Source: an uncultured Geobacter sp. (lineage in GTDB: Bacteria > Myxococcota_A > UBA9160 > JADFDR01). From it: DNA of 64,000 nucleotides. This document shows, piece after piece, positions 29,057-39,800 of the stretch. Within the stretch, counting starts at the first letter, position 1; every line of letters starts with the position of its first letter. The notes below the pieces were generated by a model. It worked only from the letters and a program-made list of their open reading frames with translations. It was not told the DNA's origin and made no database searches. Where the stretch lies: NCBI GenBank assembly GCA_964424225.1, contig CAYRID010000002.1:2254-66253 (forward strand). The letters run 5' to 3'. The position numbers were made by a program, and so were the translations under genes.

Positions 29057-30862
29057 GTGAGCCGAATTTCCGACGAGACGATTCAGCTAGTTCGGGATCG
29101 CGTGGATATCGTCGAACTCATCGGGCGGTACGTCACTCTTCGCCAGGCCGGTCGCAACTTCAAAGGGCTTTGCCCGTTCCATAACGAAAAAACTCCGTCG
29201 TTCAACGTCAACGTCGATCGCCAAATTTTTCACTGCTTTGGTTGTGGCGAGGGCGGCAACGCCATCACGTTTTTGATGCGCCACGACAATTTGAGTTTTC
29301 CCGAGGCTGTGCGGCAGCTCGCCGACGAATACGGAATCGTGATTCCGGAAGCATCGAACGTCGAGGCGGGCCTCGTCGAACCGCTGTTCAAGCTCAATCG
29401 CTTTGCCCAAGACGTCTATTCGAAGATTTTGCGTTCGCCTCAGGGGAGTGTAGCTCGCGAGTATCTCGTGCAACGTGAGATCGCCGACGAAACGATCGAC
29501 AAGTTTGGACTCGGCTTTGCGCCAGACAGTTGGGACACGCTCGCCAAGGCAATTGAGCGCGCGAAGTTTTCCGTCGCTGACGCAGAGCGAGCGGGTTTGC
29601 TCGCCCGCAGTGAGAAAGGTCGCGTGTATGACCGACTTCGAGGGAGGATCACGTTTCCGATTCAGGATGTACGCGGACGCGTGATTGGCTTTGGCGGTCG
29701 CACCCTCGGAAAGTCCGACGGAGCAAAATATTTGAATTCTCCTGAAACACCTATTTACCGAAAGCGAGAAGCGTTCTACGGTTTTCCCCATGCGCTTGAA
29801 GCGATTCGCCGGGGGGAAAGAGTCGTTCTCGTTGAAGGTTACTTCGATTTGATTGCGATGCACTGCGCAGGTGTTGTCGAGGCGTTGGCAACTTGTGGTA
29901 CGGCTTTAGCAACGGAGCATGCTCAGGATTTGCGTCGGCGAGCGAAGGAAGTAGTTCTCGTTTTCGACGGAGACGAAGCCGGACAACGTGCGATGCACAA
30001 GGGGCTCGAAGTGTTGCTTCCACAGAGTTTGCGCGTTCGCGCGGTCTTACTTCCAGATGCTCTGGATCCGGACGATTTTCGAAAGAAGCGAGGTGACGCA
30101 GAATTGCGTCGATTGATTGAGGAGGCGCCGATGGCCCTCGACCTCGTAACGCGGCGCGCACTTGCTCAAGGTTGTGCGACTCCATGGCAAAAAGCCGATG
30201 TCGCCAAGCAAGTCACACCGCTCTTGGCTCTGATTCCCAATTCGATCGAGCGCGATGAATTTATGCGTCGCCTGGCGTTGCAGCTCGATACCAAACAGGA
30301 ATTGCTCGCGGCGGAAGTGCGCACGTTGCGCGGCGCGGACGGCGATGATGTGTCGTCGGTGACTACGGCGCGTGCACCACGTCAAACTGCGTCGCGTGCG
30401 GAGCGCTACGCGCAGGAGCTCGTCACTTATCTCGTGGCCCAGCCAGCCGAAGCGCGACAACTCGAATCCGTCGATTTGGATTTGCTTCTCGATGATGGAC
30501 CGTGGAAATCCATTTTGCGGGCCATGGAATGTTGGCAGATGGAAGGTGAAGGCAGTTTGCTTGACATGGCGGACCGCCTCGACGATGCAGCGAAGAAAAT
30601 TTTTCGCGAAGTGGTTGCCCATCCTTCGCCGCTCCTCGACGCAGAGAGGATTGCCGTCGCGGTTCACGATGTAATTGAACGGCTTCAGGAACGTCGGGTG
30701 CAAGAAGAACGTCGCGCAGAAACCCGAAAGTTTCTTGAAGATCCGAGTCATGATGTTGCGTTGCTCCTGGAAAAAAAGCAGAAACAGCTCGAAGAAAAGC
30801 GTGCGCTACTTGGTTTAGGGGGACGTTCTCACCGACGGAACGGTGAAACGGAGCAAGACTGA
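29057..30862 (+). CDS. dnaG: DNA primase
   Basis: Zn-ribbon [34 protein letters not shown] and TOPRIM region [14 protein letters not shown]...[13 protein letters not shown]. Confidence 0.92.
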   Translation: MSRISDETIQLVRDRVDIVELIGRYVTLRQAGRNFKGLCPFHNEKTPSFNVNVDRQIFHCFGCGEGGNAITFLMRHDNLSFPEAVRQLADEYGIVIPEASNVEAGLVEPLFKLNRFAQDVYSKILRSPQGSVAREYLVQREIADETIDKFGLGFAPDSWDTLAKAIERAKFSVADAERAGLLARSEKGRVYDRLRGRITFPIQDVRGRVIGFGGRTLGKSDGAKYLNSPETPIYRKREAFYGFPHALEAIRRGERVVLVEGYFDLIAMHCAGVVEALATCGTALATEHAQDLRRRAKEVVLVFDGDEAGQRAMHKGLEVLLPQSLRVRAVLLPDALDPDDFRKKRGDAELRRLIEEAPMALDLVTRRALAQGCATPWQKADVAKQVTPLLALIPNSIERDEFMRRLALQLDTKQELLAAEVRTLRGADGDDVSSVTTARAPRQTASRAERYAQELVTYLVAQPAEARQLESVDLDLLLDDGPWKSILRAMECWQMEGEGSLLDMADRLDDAAKKIFREVVAHPSPLLDAERIAVAVHDVIERLQERRVQEERRAETRKFLEDPSHDVALLLEKKQKQLEEKRALLGLGGRSHRRNGETEQD

Positions 30863-30891
30863 ATTGCGATTGCGTCATCAAAGGGGGGCAT

Positions 30892-32748
30892 ATGGCAACT
30901 GTCAATCCGTCAGCAAATTCAAAGGGGCTTGTACGCAGAACAGCCGCTACAAACAAAAGTATGAAAATTGAAAAAGCCAAGCAGCTCAAAGTTTCCAACG
31001 ATACGCTTGAAAGTGTTGCGATGACGCACTTGGCTGAAGTGCAAGAACTCGTTGCGCTGGGGCTTCGTAAGGGCGGGCTTACATATGACGAGATCAACAA
31101 TGGGCTTCCACGGCAAATTGTGCAGGCCGGTGCGATCGAAGCCGTTTTTGAGTTTCTAACGGAAAAGGGCGTGAACATCGTCGATGAAAAGCGCGTGCTA
31201 CGCAAACCGGTGCCGCGCAAACGAAATGGCGCAGCGGAGTCGCACGAAGACAACGAGCACCATACGAATGATCCGGTTCGTGTGTACCTGCGTGAAATGG
31301 GTCAAGTAGCGCTTTTGACGCGCAGTGGAGAGGTGGAGATTGCGCAGCGTATCGAAGCGGGCCAAGAGCGACAAAATCGCTTGATGATCGGCACGCCCTT
31401 TGGCATGCGCGAGTTGCTACGTATTTTTGAGTCGTATCGAAATGGACAAATCGAGTTGCGCGAGTTGTTGATGGGCCTTGATGAGGAGGAGCCGGTGCTT
31501 GACCTCGAAGAGCGTCGTGCACAGTTCGAGGCTGTGATCGAACAAATCAAGACTCTCGAGGGTGAAGTAGCGCGGCGCCTCAGCGCGATGGCGAATTCGC
31601 GAACCAGCGATGCGACGCGTGTACGGTTGCAGCGCGAGATGGAAGAGCGTTATGGCGAGACGCTTACACTTCTTGGTGATATTCGTTTTAAGAATGTTCA
31701 GATTCAGCGTATGACGGAGCGCTTGGAAGCAATCGATCAGGAGGCGCGGCGCATCGAGCGATTTGCGCGTAAGGCGATCGAAGGTTATGCGGTTTCAGGA
31801 ATTGCAGAATTTCAGAAGCTCGCACTTCTCGCCACGCGGCGCAGTAAGCCGGGTAAAGAGGCGCTGACGAAATTGGGTGGCGATTTGGCGCGGGTCGAGC
31901 GTAGCGTCGGTGAACTAGACGGAATTTTGCGCGCACTCGATAAAATTGAATCCGATACACGGATGAGTGTCTCGGCGATTCGTACGACAGTTTCCGAGTA
32001 CAAAGATGCGGCGCGCGTAACGCATCAAGCCAAATGTGAATTGATCGAGGCCAACTTGCGACTCGTGGTATCGATTGCAAAGAAGTACACGAGCCGCGGT
32101 TTGCAATTTTTGGATTTGATTCAAGAGGGCAATATCGGCTTGATGAAAGCCGTTGAAAAATTTGAGTGGCGGCGTGGTTATAAATTTTCGACGTATGCAA
32201 CGTGGTGGATCCGTCAAGCCATCACGCGTGCGATCGCGGATCAAGCACGCACGATTCGCATTCCGGTGCACATGATCGAAACGATCAACAAGCTTGCGCG
32301 GGCAAGTCGTCAACTCGTACAGGTGCTCGGGCGCGAGCCTACGCCTGAGGAGTTGACCGAGAAACTCGATCTGCCGATCGAAAAAGTGCAGATGGTTTTG
32401 AAAATTGCGAAGGAGCCGATCAGTCTGGAGTCGCCGGTGGGCGAAGATGAGGACAGCACTCTGGGCGATTTCATCGAGGACAAGAATGTGCTGAATCCCC
32501 ACGATACGGTTCTCGAAGAAAATCTTGCCGATCAAACGCGCAAGGTGCTGGCGACGCTCGGTCCGCGCGAAGAGCGCGTGCTCAAGATGCGCTTTGGTAT
32601 CGGAGAGCGATCCAACCATACACTTGAAGAGGTGGGGCAAGATTTCGATGTTACGCGTGAGCGCATACGCCAAATTGAGGCGAAGGCCTTGCGTAAACTT
32701 CGCCATCCAAGTCGTAGTCGTTTGCTCAAAGCCTTTATCGAAAATTAA
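30892..32748 (+). CDS. rpoD: RNA polymerase primary sigma factor (sigma-70)
   Basis: Regions 1.2 ([11 protein letters not shown]), 2 ([65 protein letters not shown]), 3 and 4 ([30 protein letters not shown]). Confidence 0.95.
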   Translation: MATVNPSANSKGLVRRTAATNKSMKIEKAKQLKVSNDTLESVAMTHLAEVQELVALGLRKGGLTYDEINNGLPRQIVQAGAIEAVFEFLTEKGVNIVDEKRVLRKPVPRKRNGAAESHEDNEHHTNDPVRVYLREMGQVALLTRSGEVEIAQRIEAGQERQNRLMIGTPFGMRELLRIFESYRNGQIELRELLMGLDEEEPVLDLEERRAQFEAVIEQIKTLEGEVARRLSAMANSRTSDATRVRLQREMEERYGETLTLLGDIRFKNVQIQRMTERLEAIDQEARRIERFARKAIEGYAVSGIAEFQKLALLATRRSKPGKEALTKLGGDLARVERSVGELDGILRALDKIESDTRMSVSAIRTTVSEYKDAARVTHQAKCELIEANLRLVVSIAKKYTSRGLQFLDLIQEGNIGLMKAVEKFEWRRGYKFSTYATWWIRQAITRAIADQARTIRIPVHMIETINKLARASRQLVQVLGREPTPEELTEKLDLPIEKVQMVLKIAKEPISLESPVGEDEDSTLGDFIEDKNVLNPHDTVLEENLADQTRKVLATLGPREERVLKMRFGIGERSNHTLEEVGQDFDVTRERIRQIEAKALRKLRHPSRSRLLKAFIEN

Positions 32749-32796
32749 CGTTAGTGGTGCAAGCCAAAGGAATACTTGGCGTCCAGTATCGAGAAA

Positions 32797-34149
32797 TTAT
32801 TCGAGATCGGGCGGCGTTACCTTTTTGATCCATTCTGCAAAATCGCCTGTGTAGCCGACGGCGAGTTGGCGATTTTCTACACGATCCAAAATTGTGTCGA
32901 GGGTTGCTTTGGATACGCCTGGACTTTTGGCGATTTGTTCGGCGAGTTTGCGTGCGGGTGCGGACGTGACAGCCTTGGCTTCTTCGGGCAGGGGTTTGCC
33001 GTCGTCGATACCGAGATATTTTTCGATGATGAATTGACTGACCTCGGTGCTGTGTTTGCGGGAAGCGACGATATTGCCTTTGCCGGTAACGACGTTGCCT
33101 GCACCAAACACCGTCGGAAATTCCTTAAGTCGCCCTAAGCTAAAGTCTGAGAAATCGAAAAGGTCGCCACGCATGGGGATGCCCGGAATTGGATCCGGCA
33201 CGCTACCGATAGAACTGACAACATACGGTGCACGCACTTCGAAAGTTTGGTCTGTCGCAGAGAGTTTTCCATTTTCAAATTTATTGCGGCGAAAGACGAG
33301 CCCAACCATTTTTCCATTTTCTTCGAGTATGGATTCGGGTGCAGCCAGGGGTTCGATGCGAAAGCAGAATTTTTCCATGGCTTTTTCGGCCATTCGTTTG
33401 CGGCCGGTTTCGGCCTTTGCAGTTTGCTCGGGCGTAGCATTGTCGGGGGTGCCCATAAGCGGCATGTCCTCAATGCGCCGACGGTAAAACACGGTACAAC
33501 CCTGCATTCCCAAATCCTGCCATGAAAGATTTGCCGCCGAGAGTGCTTTGGGGATGCCTTGGTGCTCGAGATCCGGAATTGAAATTTCAACACCTTTGGC
33601 TGCGAGCGCGCGGCGTGCGATTTCGAGCGTATGAATTTTTGCCATGTCGATCGAGGCGAGACCGCCACCAATCACGATGGCTCCATCCTGTAGTGCGTAA
33701 CTCTTTCCGGTGTAGTTTTTTTCATTGCAGTGGTTGAACCAGTATACGAAGGGATTTTGATAGAACAGAGATTGACCTTCGTATTTTTCGATCCCTGGGA
33801 GATCGAGTTTTCGATCGGCCCATGCGCCACAAGCGAGCACGACTGCGCTAAAGCCCCATTGGTTTGCGAGATCGGCGAAATCGATATCGGTTCCGATTTT
33901 TGTGTTGGGGACGAAGTGCACGCGATCGTGTACGAGTTTGTTACAGATCGTTTCGTATTCTTTTTGGCGTTGACTGTCATGCCAGCGCGGAAGGCCGTCC
34001 TCAATTTTTCCGTAGGGACGCAAATTTTTTTCGAAGACGACGACGTCGATGTCACGGTCTGCCAGCTGCTTTGCTACTTCCGCACCGGCGGTCGCTCCCC
34101 CAATGATCGCCACAATATGTTTTTGATTTTTGTCGGTCATGCCGGGCAT
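32797..34149 (-). CDS. FAD/NAD(P)-binding oxidoreductase (GltD / adrenodoxin-reductase-like)
   Basis: Two Rossmann dinucleotide motifs (IVAIIGGATAGAEVA; AIVIGGGLASIDMA) and a C-terminal GAGNVVTG. ATG at 34149 was chosen. The specific substrate is not inferable. Confidence 0.65.
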   Translation of the reverse strand: MPGMTDKNQKHIVAIIGGATAGAEVAKQLADRDIDVVVFEKNLRPYGKIEDGLPRWHDSQRQKEYETICNKLVHDRVHFVPNTKIGTDIDFADLANQWGFSAVVLACGAWADRKLDLPGIEKYEGQSLFYQNPFVYWFNHCNEKNYTGKSYALQDGAIVIGGGLASIDMAKIHTLEIARRALAAKGVEISIPDLEHQGIPKALSAANLSWQDLGMQGCTVFYRRRIEDMPLMGTPDNATPEQTAKAETGRKRMAEKAMEKFCFRIEPLAAPESILEENGKMVGLVFRRNKFENGKLSATDQTFEVRAPYVVSSIGSVPDPIPGIPMRGDLFDFSDFSLGRLKEFPTVFGAGNVVTGKGNIVASRKHSTEVSQFIIEKYLGIDDGKPLPEEAKAVTSAPARKLAEQIAKSPGVSKATLDTILDRVENRQLAVGYTGDFAEWIKKVTPPDLE

Positions 34150-34391
34150 GTTGACAGGTTTCAGATCACGCGGCAATTGTGCGTTTTGACACGTGGCGGT
34201 GCAAAAAAGCACATGCCTTACACAGAAAAAATTGATCTCTTACAGGGGAGATTCTTCGGCTTTTCGCACGACCGATATGCTTCGCGAGCAGTTCACTGCG
34301 GGGTGTTGCAACGGATACATCAAAAATCACGATCTCATTTCCAGTGCGAGCCCCTGCATCCCGTAAGGCGCGTGGTAAGCTAGCGGCTGCC

Positions 34392-34468
34392 GGGCCCTTA
34401 GCTCAGTCGGTCAGAGCATCCGGCTCATAACCGGACAGTCCCAGGTTCAATCCCTGGAGGGCCCACCA
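34392..34468 (+). tRNA. tRNA with CAU anticodon (elongator type; resembles lysidine-modified tRNA-Ile2 more than tRNA-Met; not an initiator), CCA encoded
   Basis: The cloverleaf folds by hand: acceptor GGGCCCT/AGGGCCC, D arm GCTC/GAGC, anticodon arm TCCGG-CTCATAA-CCGGA, T arm CCAGG-TTCAATC-CCTGG, then ACCA. G1-C72 is paired and the anticodon stem lacks the 3 GC pairs of initiators. C4-G69 and C5-G68 match E. coli ileX as I recall it. Confidence 0.9.
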
Positions 34469-34840
34469 TCCATTTCGGTTACGCCTCGATTTTCGTCGGT
34501 GGGAGAAATGAGTTTCGTTTCGCACTTTGTGTTCCTGCTCACATTTTCCACGTAAAGATTTGGCATTCTTCCGTAACTGTTTGAAAACAAAGAGCTTCTG
34601 CGAAAGAAAACTCGTATCTCGGTTGATCCAAGTTTCGCGAGTGATATTTTCGCGATGAGAATTTGAGTCTAGGGACCGCAAAATCTCGAAGTCATTCAAA
34701 TCAGAGACCAAGATGCCTACACGAATTTGTGTCTGGCGCCTCACAACATGGACTTGGCGGCATTGGGGATAACTCGATGGGCTTTGCCGCAGTGCGTGTG
34801 GTGAGCAAACAAAAAAACTAAGAATGAGGAAAGGTAAAAA

Positions 34841-35452
34841 ATGGGGCAAGAAGTGCGTCGTATGGGGCAATCGGAGTTACGCAATAAAATTTTGGAAGAG
34901 GCCATTGGAATCGTTTATCGGGAAGGCCCAGAGCGCGTCACGATGCGCTCGCTTGCCGAGAAACTTGGTTACTCCGCAGCGACGATCTATTTGCATTTTG
35001 AGAATAAAGAAGAGCTGCTGCAAGAGATTGCGTTGCACGGGTTCGGGCGCTTATCGGAAGCGATGGAAGGAATTGCAGAGATCACGGATCTCTTTGCGGC
35101 CCTTCAAGAGGCGGGGCGTCGTTACATACAGTTTGGCCTTGAGCATCCGGAGCTATATCGCTTGATGTTCCGTGAAAATACGCTGTCTGCATTTTCTACA
35201 CGGTACAGTGTTGAAGTTTTACGGGATACGCTGCGCGCTTGGCATTTGGTGCGTGCGATCTATGTTCGCGGAATTGACTCGCGCGTATTTCGATCCAGTG
35301 ATCCAGATCGTGAAATGGCGACGAGTTGGGCCGCTTTGCATGGGTATGTGCAACTCGTGACGAGTGAGCGGATTGCGGCGGATCGTGTTGCCTGGACGGC
35401 CGAGGTTGCAGAGGCGCTCGTTGCCGACCGCGTGCGCGCGATGCAGCCCTGA
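34841..35452 (+). CDS. TetR/AcrR-family transcriptional regulator
   Basis: N-terminal HTH (LRNKILEEAIGIVYREGPERVTMRSLAEKLGYSAATIYLHFENKEELL). AGGAAAGG RBS. Confidence 0.85.
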   Translation: MGQEVRRMGQSELRNKILEEAIGIVYREGPERVTMRSLAEKLGYSAATIYLHFENKEELLQEIALHGFGRLSEAMEGIAEITDLFAALQEAGRRYIQFGLEHPELYRLMFRENTLSAFSTRYSVEVLRDTLRAWHLVRAIYVRGIDSRVFRSSDPDREMATSWAALHGYVQLVTSERIAADRVAWTAEVAEALVADRVRAMQP

Positions 35453-35461
35453 GCACCTCGG

Positions 35462-35518
35462 AACCTACTTTTTCATTGACCGGTGAAAGAAATATGGAAA
35501 AGTAGGTTTTCTTTTTTC
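35462..35518 (+). terminator. Rho-independent terminator after the TetR gene
   Basis: AACCTACTTTTTCAT (35462-35476) pairs with ATGGAAAAGTAGGTT (35494-35508) as a 15-bp stem with one G-U. It is followed by TTCTTTTTT. Confidence 0.75.
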
Positions 35519-35661
35519 ACAATAAAAATCAATCAATTCAAATAGTTATGTCTTCTTTCCCTCGGAAGTGGGGAGTCCGCAGTGGCGAAGAGCTTCTGCT
35601 ATGCTGCGCCCGTAGCATCGTTCGGTGCTCGTTAATTTGGACACAAGGGAAGCGCAAGCGG

Positions 35662-36726
35662 ATGAAAGACAAAGATCGATATTGGGATTGCCTTGATCAG
35701 GCGATGGAAGCTTCACACGGCGGTCGTACCGACGAGGCGCTCGCTTGGCTGGATGAGGCGCTCAAGGCGCAGCCCGACGGTGCCGAGGCACACAACGGTC
35801 GCGGCGAAATTCTTTGGGATGCCGGCCAGATTGAGGAAGCCCTCCACGAGTTCGATTTGGCTGTGCTCGCGGATCCGAAGTTTATCGCTGCTCATTTGAA
35901 TCGTGCGGAACTTTTGATTGAAGAATTTGGCGAGCATGAGCAGGCGCTGCAACGCTGTGATGCCTTGCTCGAAGGTTCGCCGGATTTGCCGCAGCTCGAT
36001 CGAGTTCTCGAGGCGGAAGTTCATTACCTCAAGTCAAAGGCCCTCTTCTATCTCGATAATTTGCCGGGTGCGCTTTTCTTGGTGCGGCGCGCCTTGCATG
36101 CAGCTGGTGATGTTGGGATTTATCGCGCATTTGAAGGGCAAATCCTCTTTGAGCTAAGCGACTTTGAAGCTGCGAAGCGATGTCTCGAGCGCGCGATTGC
36201 GCTCGACTCAGATTCTGGTCATGCCTTGTATCATCTCGGGTTGGTGCTCGAACGAATGAGCTTGGAAGAGGCTGCAGCGGATGCATTTGCGCGTGCGGAT
36301 GCGCTCGACCCTGATCATTATCCGCGTCCGCTTGCGATTGACGTCGCGCGGTTCGAGAAAACAGTGTGCGACGCGATCGAAAATTTACCGCGTTCGATTC
36401 GCGAAGTGTTGGGTGATTCGGAAGTCGAAATACAAGATTTTCCGTCGGCAGAATTGATTGCACAGGAAAAAGTGTCGCCGCAGCTTCTCGGTATTTATGC
36501 CGGTCCGCCTTCGGTGCCAAACGAAGTGCCAGGAAAACTCGGTTTTCGTTTCGGGCGCAAAACGCCGCGTGGCAATGGTCGTTTGACATTGTTCAAGAAG
36601 AATCTCGAAAAAGTTTGTCGCAGCGAAGCGGATCTCGCGGCGCAGATTCAGCTTACGATTAAGCATGAAGTTGGGCATTACCTCGGGCTCGACACCGAAG
36701 ATCTCGAACGCCTCGGACTTATTTGA
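35662..36726 (+). CDS. TPR-repeat protein with C-terminal zincin-like metallopeptidase domain
   Basis: TPR-like helices (ALAWLDEALKAQPDGAEAHNGRGEILWDAGQIEEALHEFDLAV...). The C-terminal HEVGHYLGL is an HExxH motif in the small 'possible Zn metallopeptidase' context. ATG at 35662 was chosen over listed 35548. Confidence 0.65.
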   Translation: MKDKDRYWDCLDQAMEASHGGRTDEALAWLDEALKAQPDGAEAHNGRGEILWDAGQIEEALHEFDLAVLADPKFIAAHLNRAELLIEEFGEHEQALQRCDALLEGSPDLPQLDRVLEAEVHYLKSKALFYLDNLPGALFLVRRALHAAGDVGIYRAFEGQILFELSDFEAAKRCLERAIALDSDSGHALYHLGLVLERMSLEEAAADAFARADALDPDHYPRPLAIDVARFEKTVCDAIENLPRSIREVLGDSEVEIQDFPSAELIAQEKVSPQLLGIYAGPPSVPNEVPGKLGFRFGRKTPRGNGRLTLFKKNLEKVCRSEADLAAQIQLTIKHEVGHYLGLDTEDLERLGLI

Positions 36727-36734
36727 GTGTCATA

Positions 36735-36784
36735 AAACACGCGAAGCACTCAACACTTTATGATGTGGAGTGCTTCGCGTGTTT
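36735..36784. terminator. Bidirectional terminator hairpin between convergent genes
   Basis: Perfect 17-bp inverted repeat: AAACACGCGAAGCACTC (36735-36751) and GAGTGCTTCGCGTGTTT (36768-36784). It is flanked by an A-run upstream and T-rich sequence downstream. Confidence 0.65.
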
Positions 36785-36821
36785 CTTATGCAAAATCGTA
36801 GTTTTCTTTTGTGCTCCGAGT

Positions 36822-39800
36822 TCATCCCAAATTGAGTCGGAACCAAGCCTCGCGGCGTATTCCATTCTTGTCTTCACCGATCACGCGAATCGTCCAGACT
36901 TTTGCGCCCGAAAGCTCGCTGGTTGGGATGCTTCCGAGAGCACCTCTTTCGATGGCGTTGCGAATGTCTGTGCCGATTTTCTTCCACGTCGTCGGTGCCT
37001 CGCCGGCTCCAATCTCAATCCAGCCGCGCGCGAGTGAACTGCCTTGTAGCGAGCCGTGGACTTCCACGACGGTGTTTCCGTCACGCTGTGCTGCGGCGAC
37101 ACGATCGATCCTCGCCACTAAGAAGAAGTTTGGATCTGCGACGAGTGCAGCTCTGGCGTCGAGTAACCCATAGCCCGTAAGCTGATCGACCCCTGGCGTT
37201 TCGATGTCCTTCGCTGAGTGGAGCAAGATTTGTTTCACTTGCTCAGCGCTTAGACTCGGATTCTTCGAGAGCAAGAGCGACGCTGTGCCGGCGACGATCG
37301 GCGCCGCAAACGAAGTTCCTGAAGCACGGAAGTAACGCTTGTCGCCTCCGACGAAAGCGGAGTCGGGTTGATAATCCGTGCCGGGAAGGTCACGCATCAA
37401 ATCTGTGCGCCGTGCGCGCAGCGAAAGGATGTCCATGCCGGGCGCGGCAATATCAACGCCAGCACCCCAGTTCGAGAACATTGCGCGCTTGTTGCTTGGG
37501 TCGGTTGCAGCGACCGTAATGACACCTTCGAGTGACGCAGGGCCAAACTCTGCAACGTCGACGCCTTCGTTGCCGGCAGCGACGACGACCACGATGCCCT
37601 TTGACAGCGCATAGGCAATTGCTCGTTCTTCGGCGCGTGTACGATTTTTCCCTCCGACGGACAGATTGATTACTTGGGCACCGTGATTGGCCGCATACAA
37701 CACGGCTTCGGCGATGAATGAAGCGCGCGTATGGCCAAAACTATTGAGTGCTTTCAAAATCATGATCTTGGCGTTGGGATTGATCCCAGCAATTCCAATG
37801 CCATTGTTTTGTGTTGCCGCGATGACACCAGTTACAAACGTGCCGTGACCATCGTAGTCCCACGGTTTTTTCGAGCCGGTGAAGAAATCCCAACCGATCA
37901 CATCGTCGATGTAACCATTTCCGTCGTCATCGATATCGTTGTCCGGAATTTCGCCCGGATTGTGCCAGATGTTGTTCCAAGAAAAATCTTTGTGGTTCCA
38001 ATCGAGCCCCGAGTCGATCACAGCCACGACAACAGGAGTACCTTTTTTTGTGTCGAAAATGTTCCACGCTGAGTCGCTATCTGCGGAAAATCCAACGCGC
38101 TGAATGCCCCATTGATCGGCGTAGTTTTGCTTCCAGCTTTGCGCCGATCGCAAGTAAGGATCATTGGGAACGCCTTCTTTTTCGCGGCAATAGTTGATTT
38201 CCGAGTGAAGGACATTGGCCGATTCGCGGATCAGGCGCGCGACGGTCTGCCCCATCTCTTGTGGGTAGAACAAAACGGCGACGACTTGACCATCGAGCAA
38301 GAAGGAGCGCGTCCAGTATTTATGCAAATCGGGATGTAGTGCGGCGCGCGGATTGTTTCCGCCAAGCGTTACCATCATGCTCGACTGAGGAGAGAGGTCG
38401 ATATTGACCTCTCTCGGTGTATCACTTTTTAGTATACTAGATCCAAGTTTGGCTTGGCCGTCGGGCCCCGTGACGCCTTGCATCGGAGATTCATTGAATC
38501 CAGCGTCCGGTGCGGCATTGCCGGCGAGCGGTAGTGCAGGGGCAGGAGTTTCAATCTTCAACAATGCGCCTTGCACGGCAACGGCTTGTGCACCGGTTGC
38601 GATTGCGATTTTGCTCGCTTTCACGATGACAGGCGGCGGTGTAGGTGGAGTGTCGTCGCCATCGCGTGGGTCGTCACCGTTTGGTTTTGGGGTCGTCCCG
38701 GTGGGAGGCGTGGTTGTGCCAGATCCCTCTGGTTTCGTTGGAGGGCCGCCGGGAATTGTGGGTGTGCCACCGGGGGTGGTGGGTGTGCCTCCACCGTCGG
38801 TGGGAATCCCAATGCCGCCGCCGGGTCCACTTGTGGGCGGTGGCGCGCTTGTGCCCCCACCATCGGGCGTTGGTATTGGCGTGGATCCTCCACCGAAGTT
38901 GCACCACACGGGAGTGTCAAAGCCAATTTTAGCCCGCGTGTCCGTTCTGCCGGCACTTGGAATGAATCCGACACTTTTCTCTGTAGGATCGCAAGGTACG
39001 CGCTCTTTAATGCTCGGGAACGAGTCGGGTGTAAGGGAGGAGAGGGCTTCGTTGTAGTATCGAAGCGCTGCACCCCAGTTTTTCTTGACCGTACCTTGAG
39101 TGCCTGGAACTGTTGTATCGAAGTTTGGAAGTTGTGGGCGCACCAGACTAAAAGATCCGCAACCCGCCTTTTCTGCGCAGGCCGCAAACGAACGCAATGC
39201 TGCGCGAACGGCTTCGAGGGTGTCTTCCGTCATGAAGCGGCGCGCTTGTACTTTTTGTAAGGCACGAAATGATTGTGCTTGGGCAATGTCCGAAGCCGCG
39301 AGATCACGATTGAGGCTGGCGATAGCTTCCATTCGTTCTTGTATTTGACTGGCCGAATAGGCTTTTAAGTATCGACCTGCAATTTGTCCAACGGCTGCGG
39401 CGGGGCCACCCGGCTTCTTGAAGGCTTCGCGTACATCGCCGCCTTTTTCCTGAACTTCCTTGAGTGTTGCAACAGCATCGGAAAGCGTGCTTTTGAAGTC
39501 GTTTAATTCTCCGCTTTCGAAGCCCAGCACGTTGGGGGTGAGTTCTCCGACGGGTCCTTCAATTTTTTGTCCTGTGAGACTGCTACTCAAAGTTGTGACG
39601 GCACTCTCGTAGTCTTTGATGGCTTCATAAAAGTTGTCGAGATTTTCGATGATTTGGGCAGGGCTTTTGCTCGCAAGCTTGCTTGGATCTTCTGCAATCT
39701 CATTGAAAAAACTTGTGATGCTTGCAAGGTCGAGGAGTGCGCTCCCCATGTTGTGCAGAAACTCTTGGACACCGAGCGCAAAAATTGTTTTACCAAGTTG

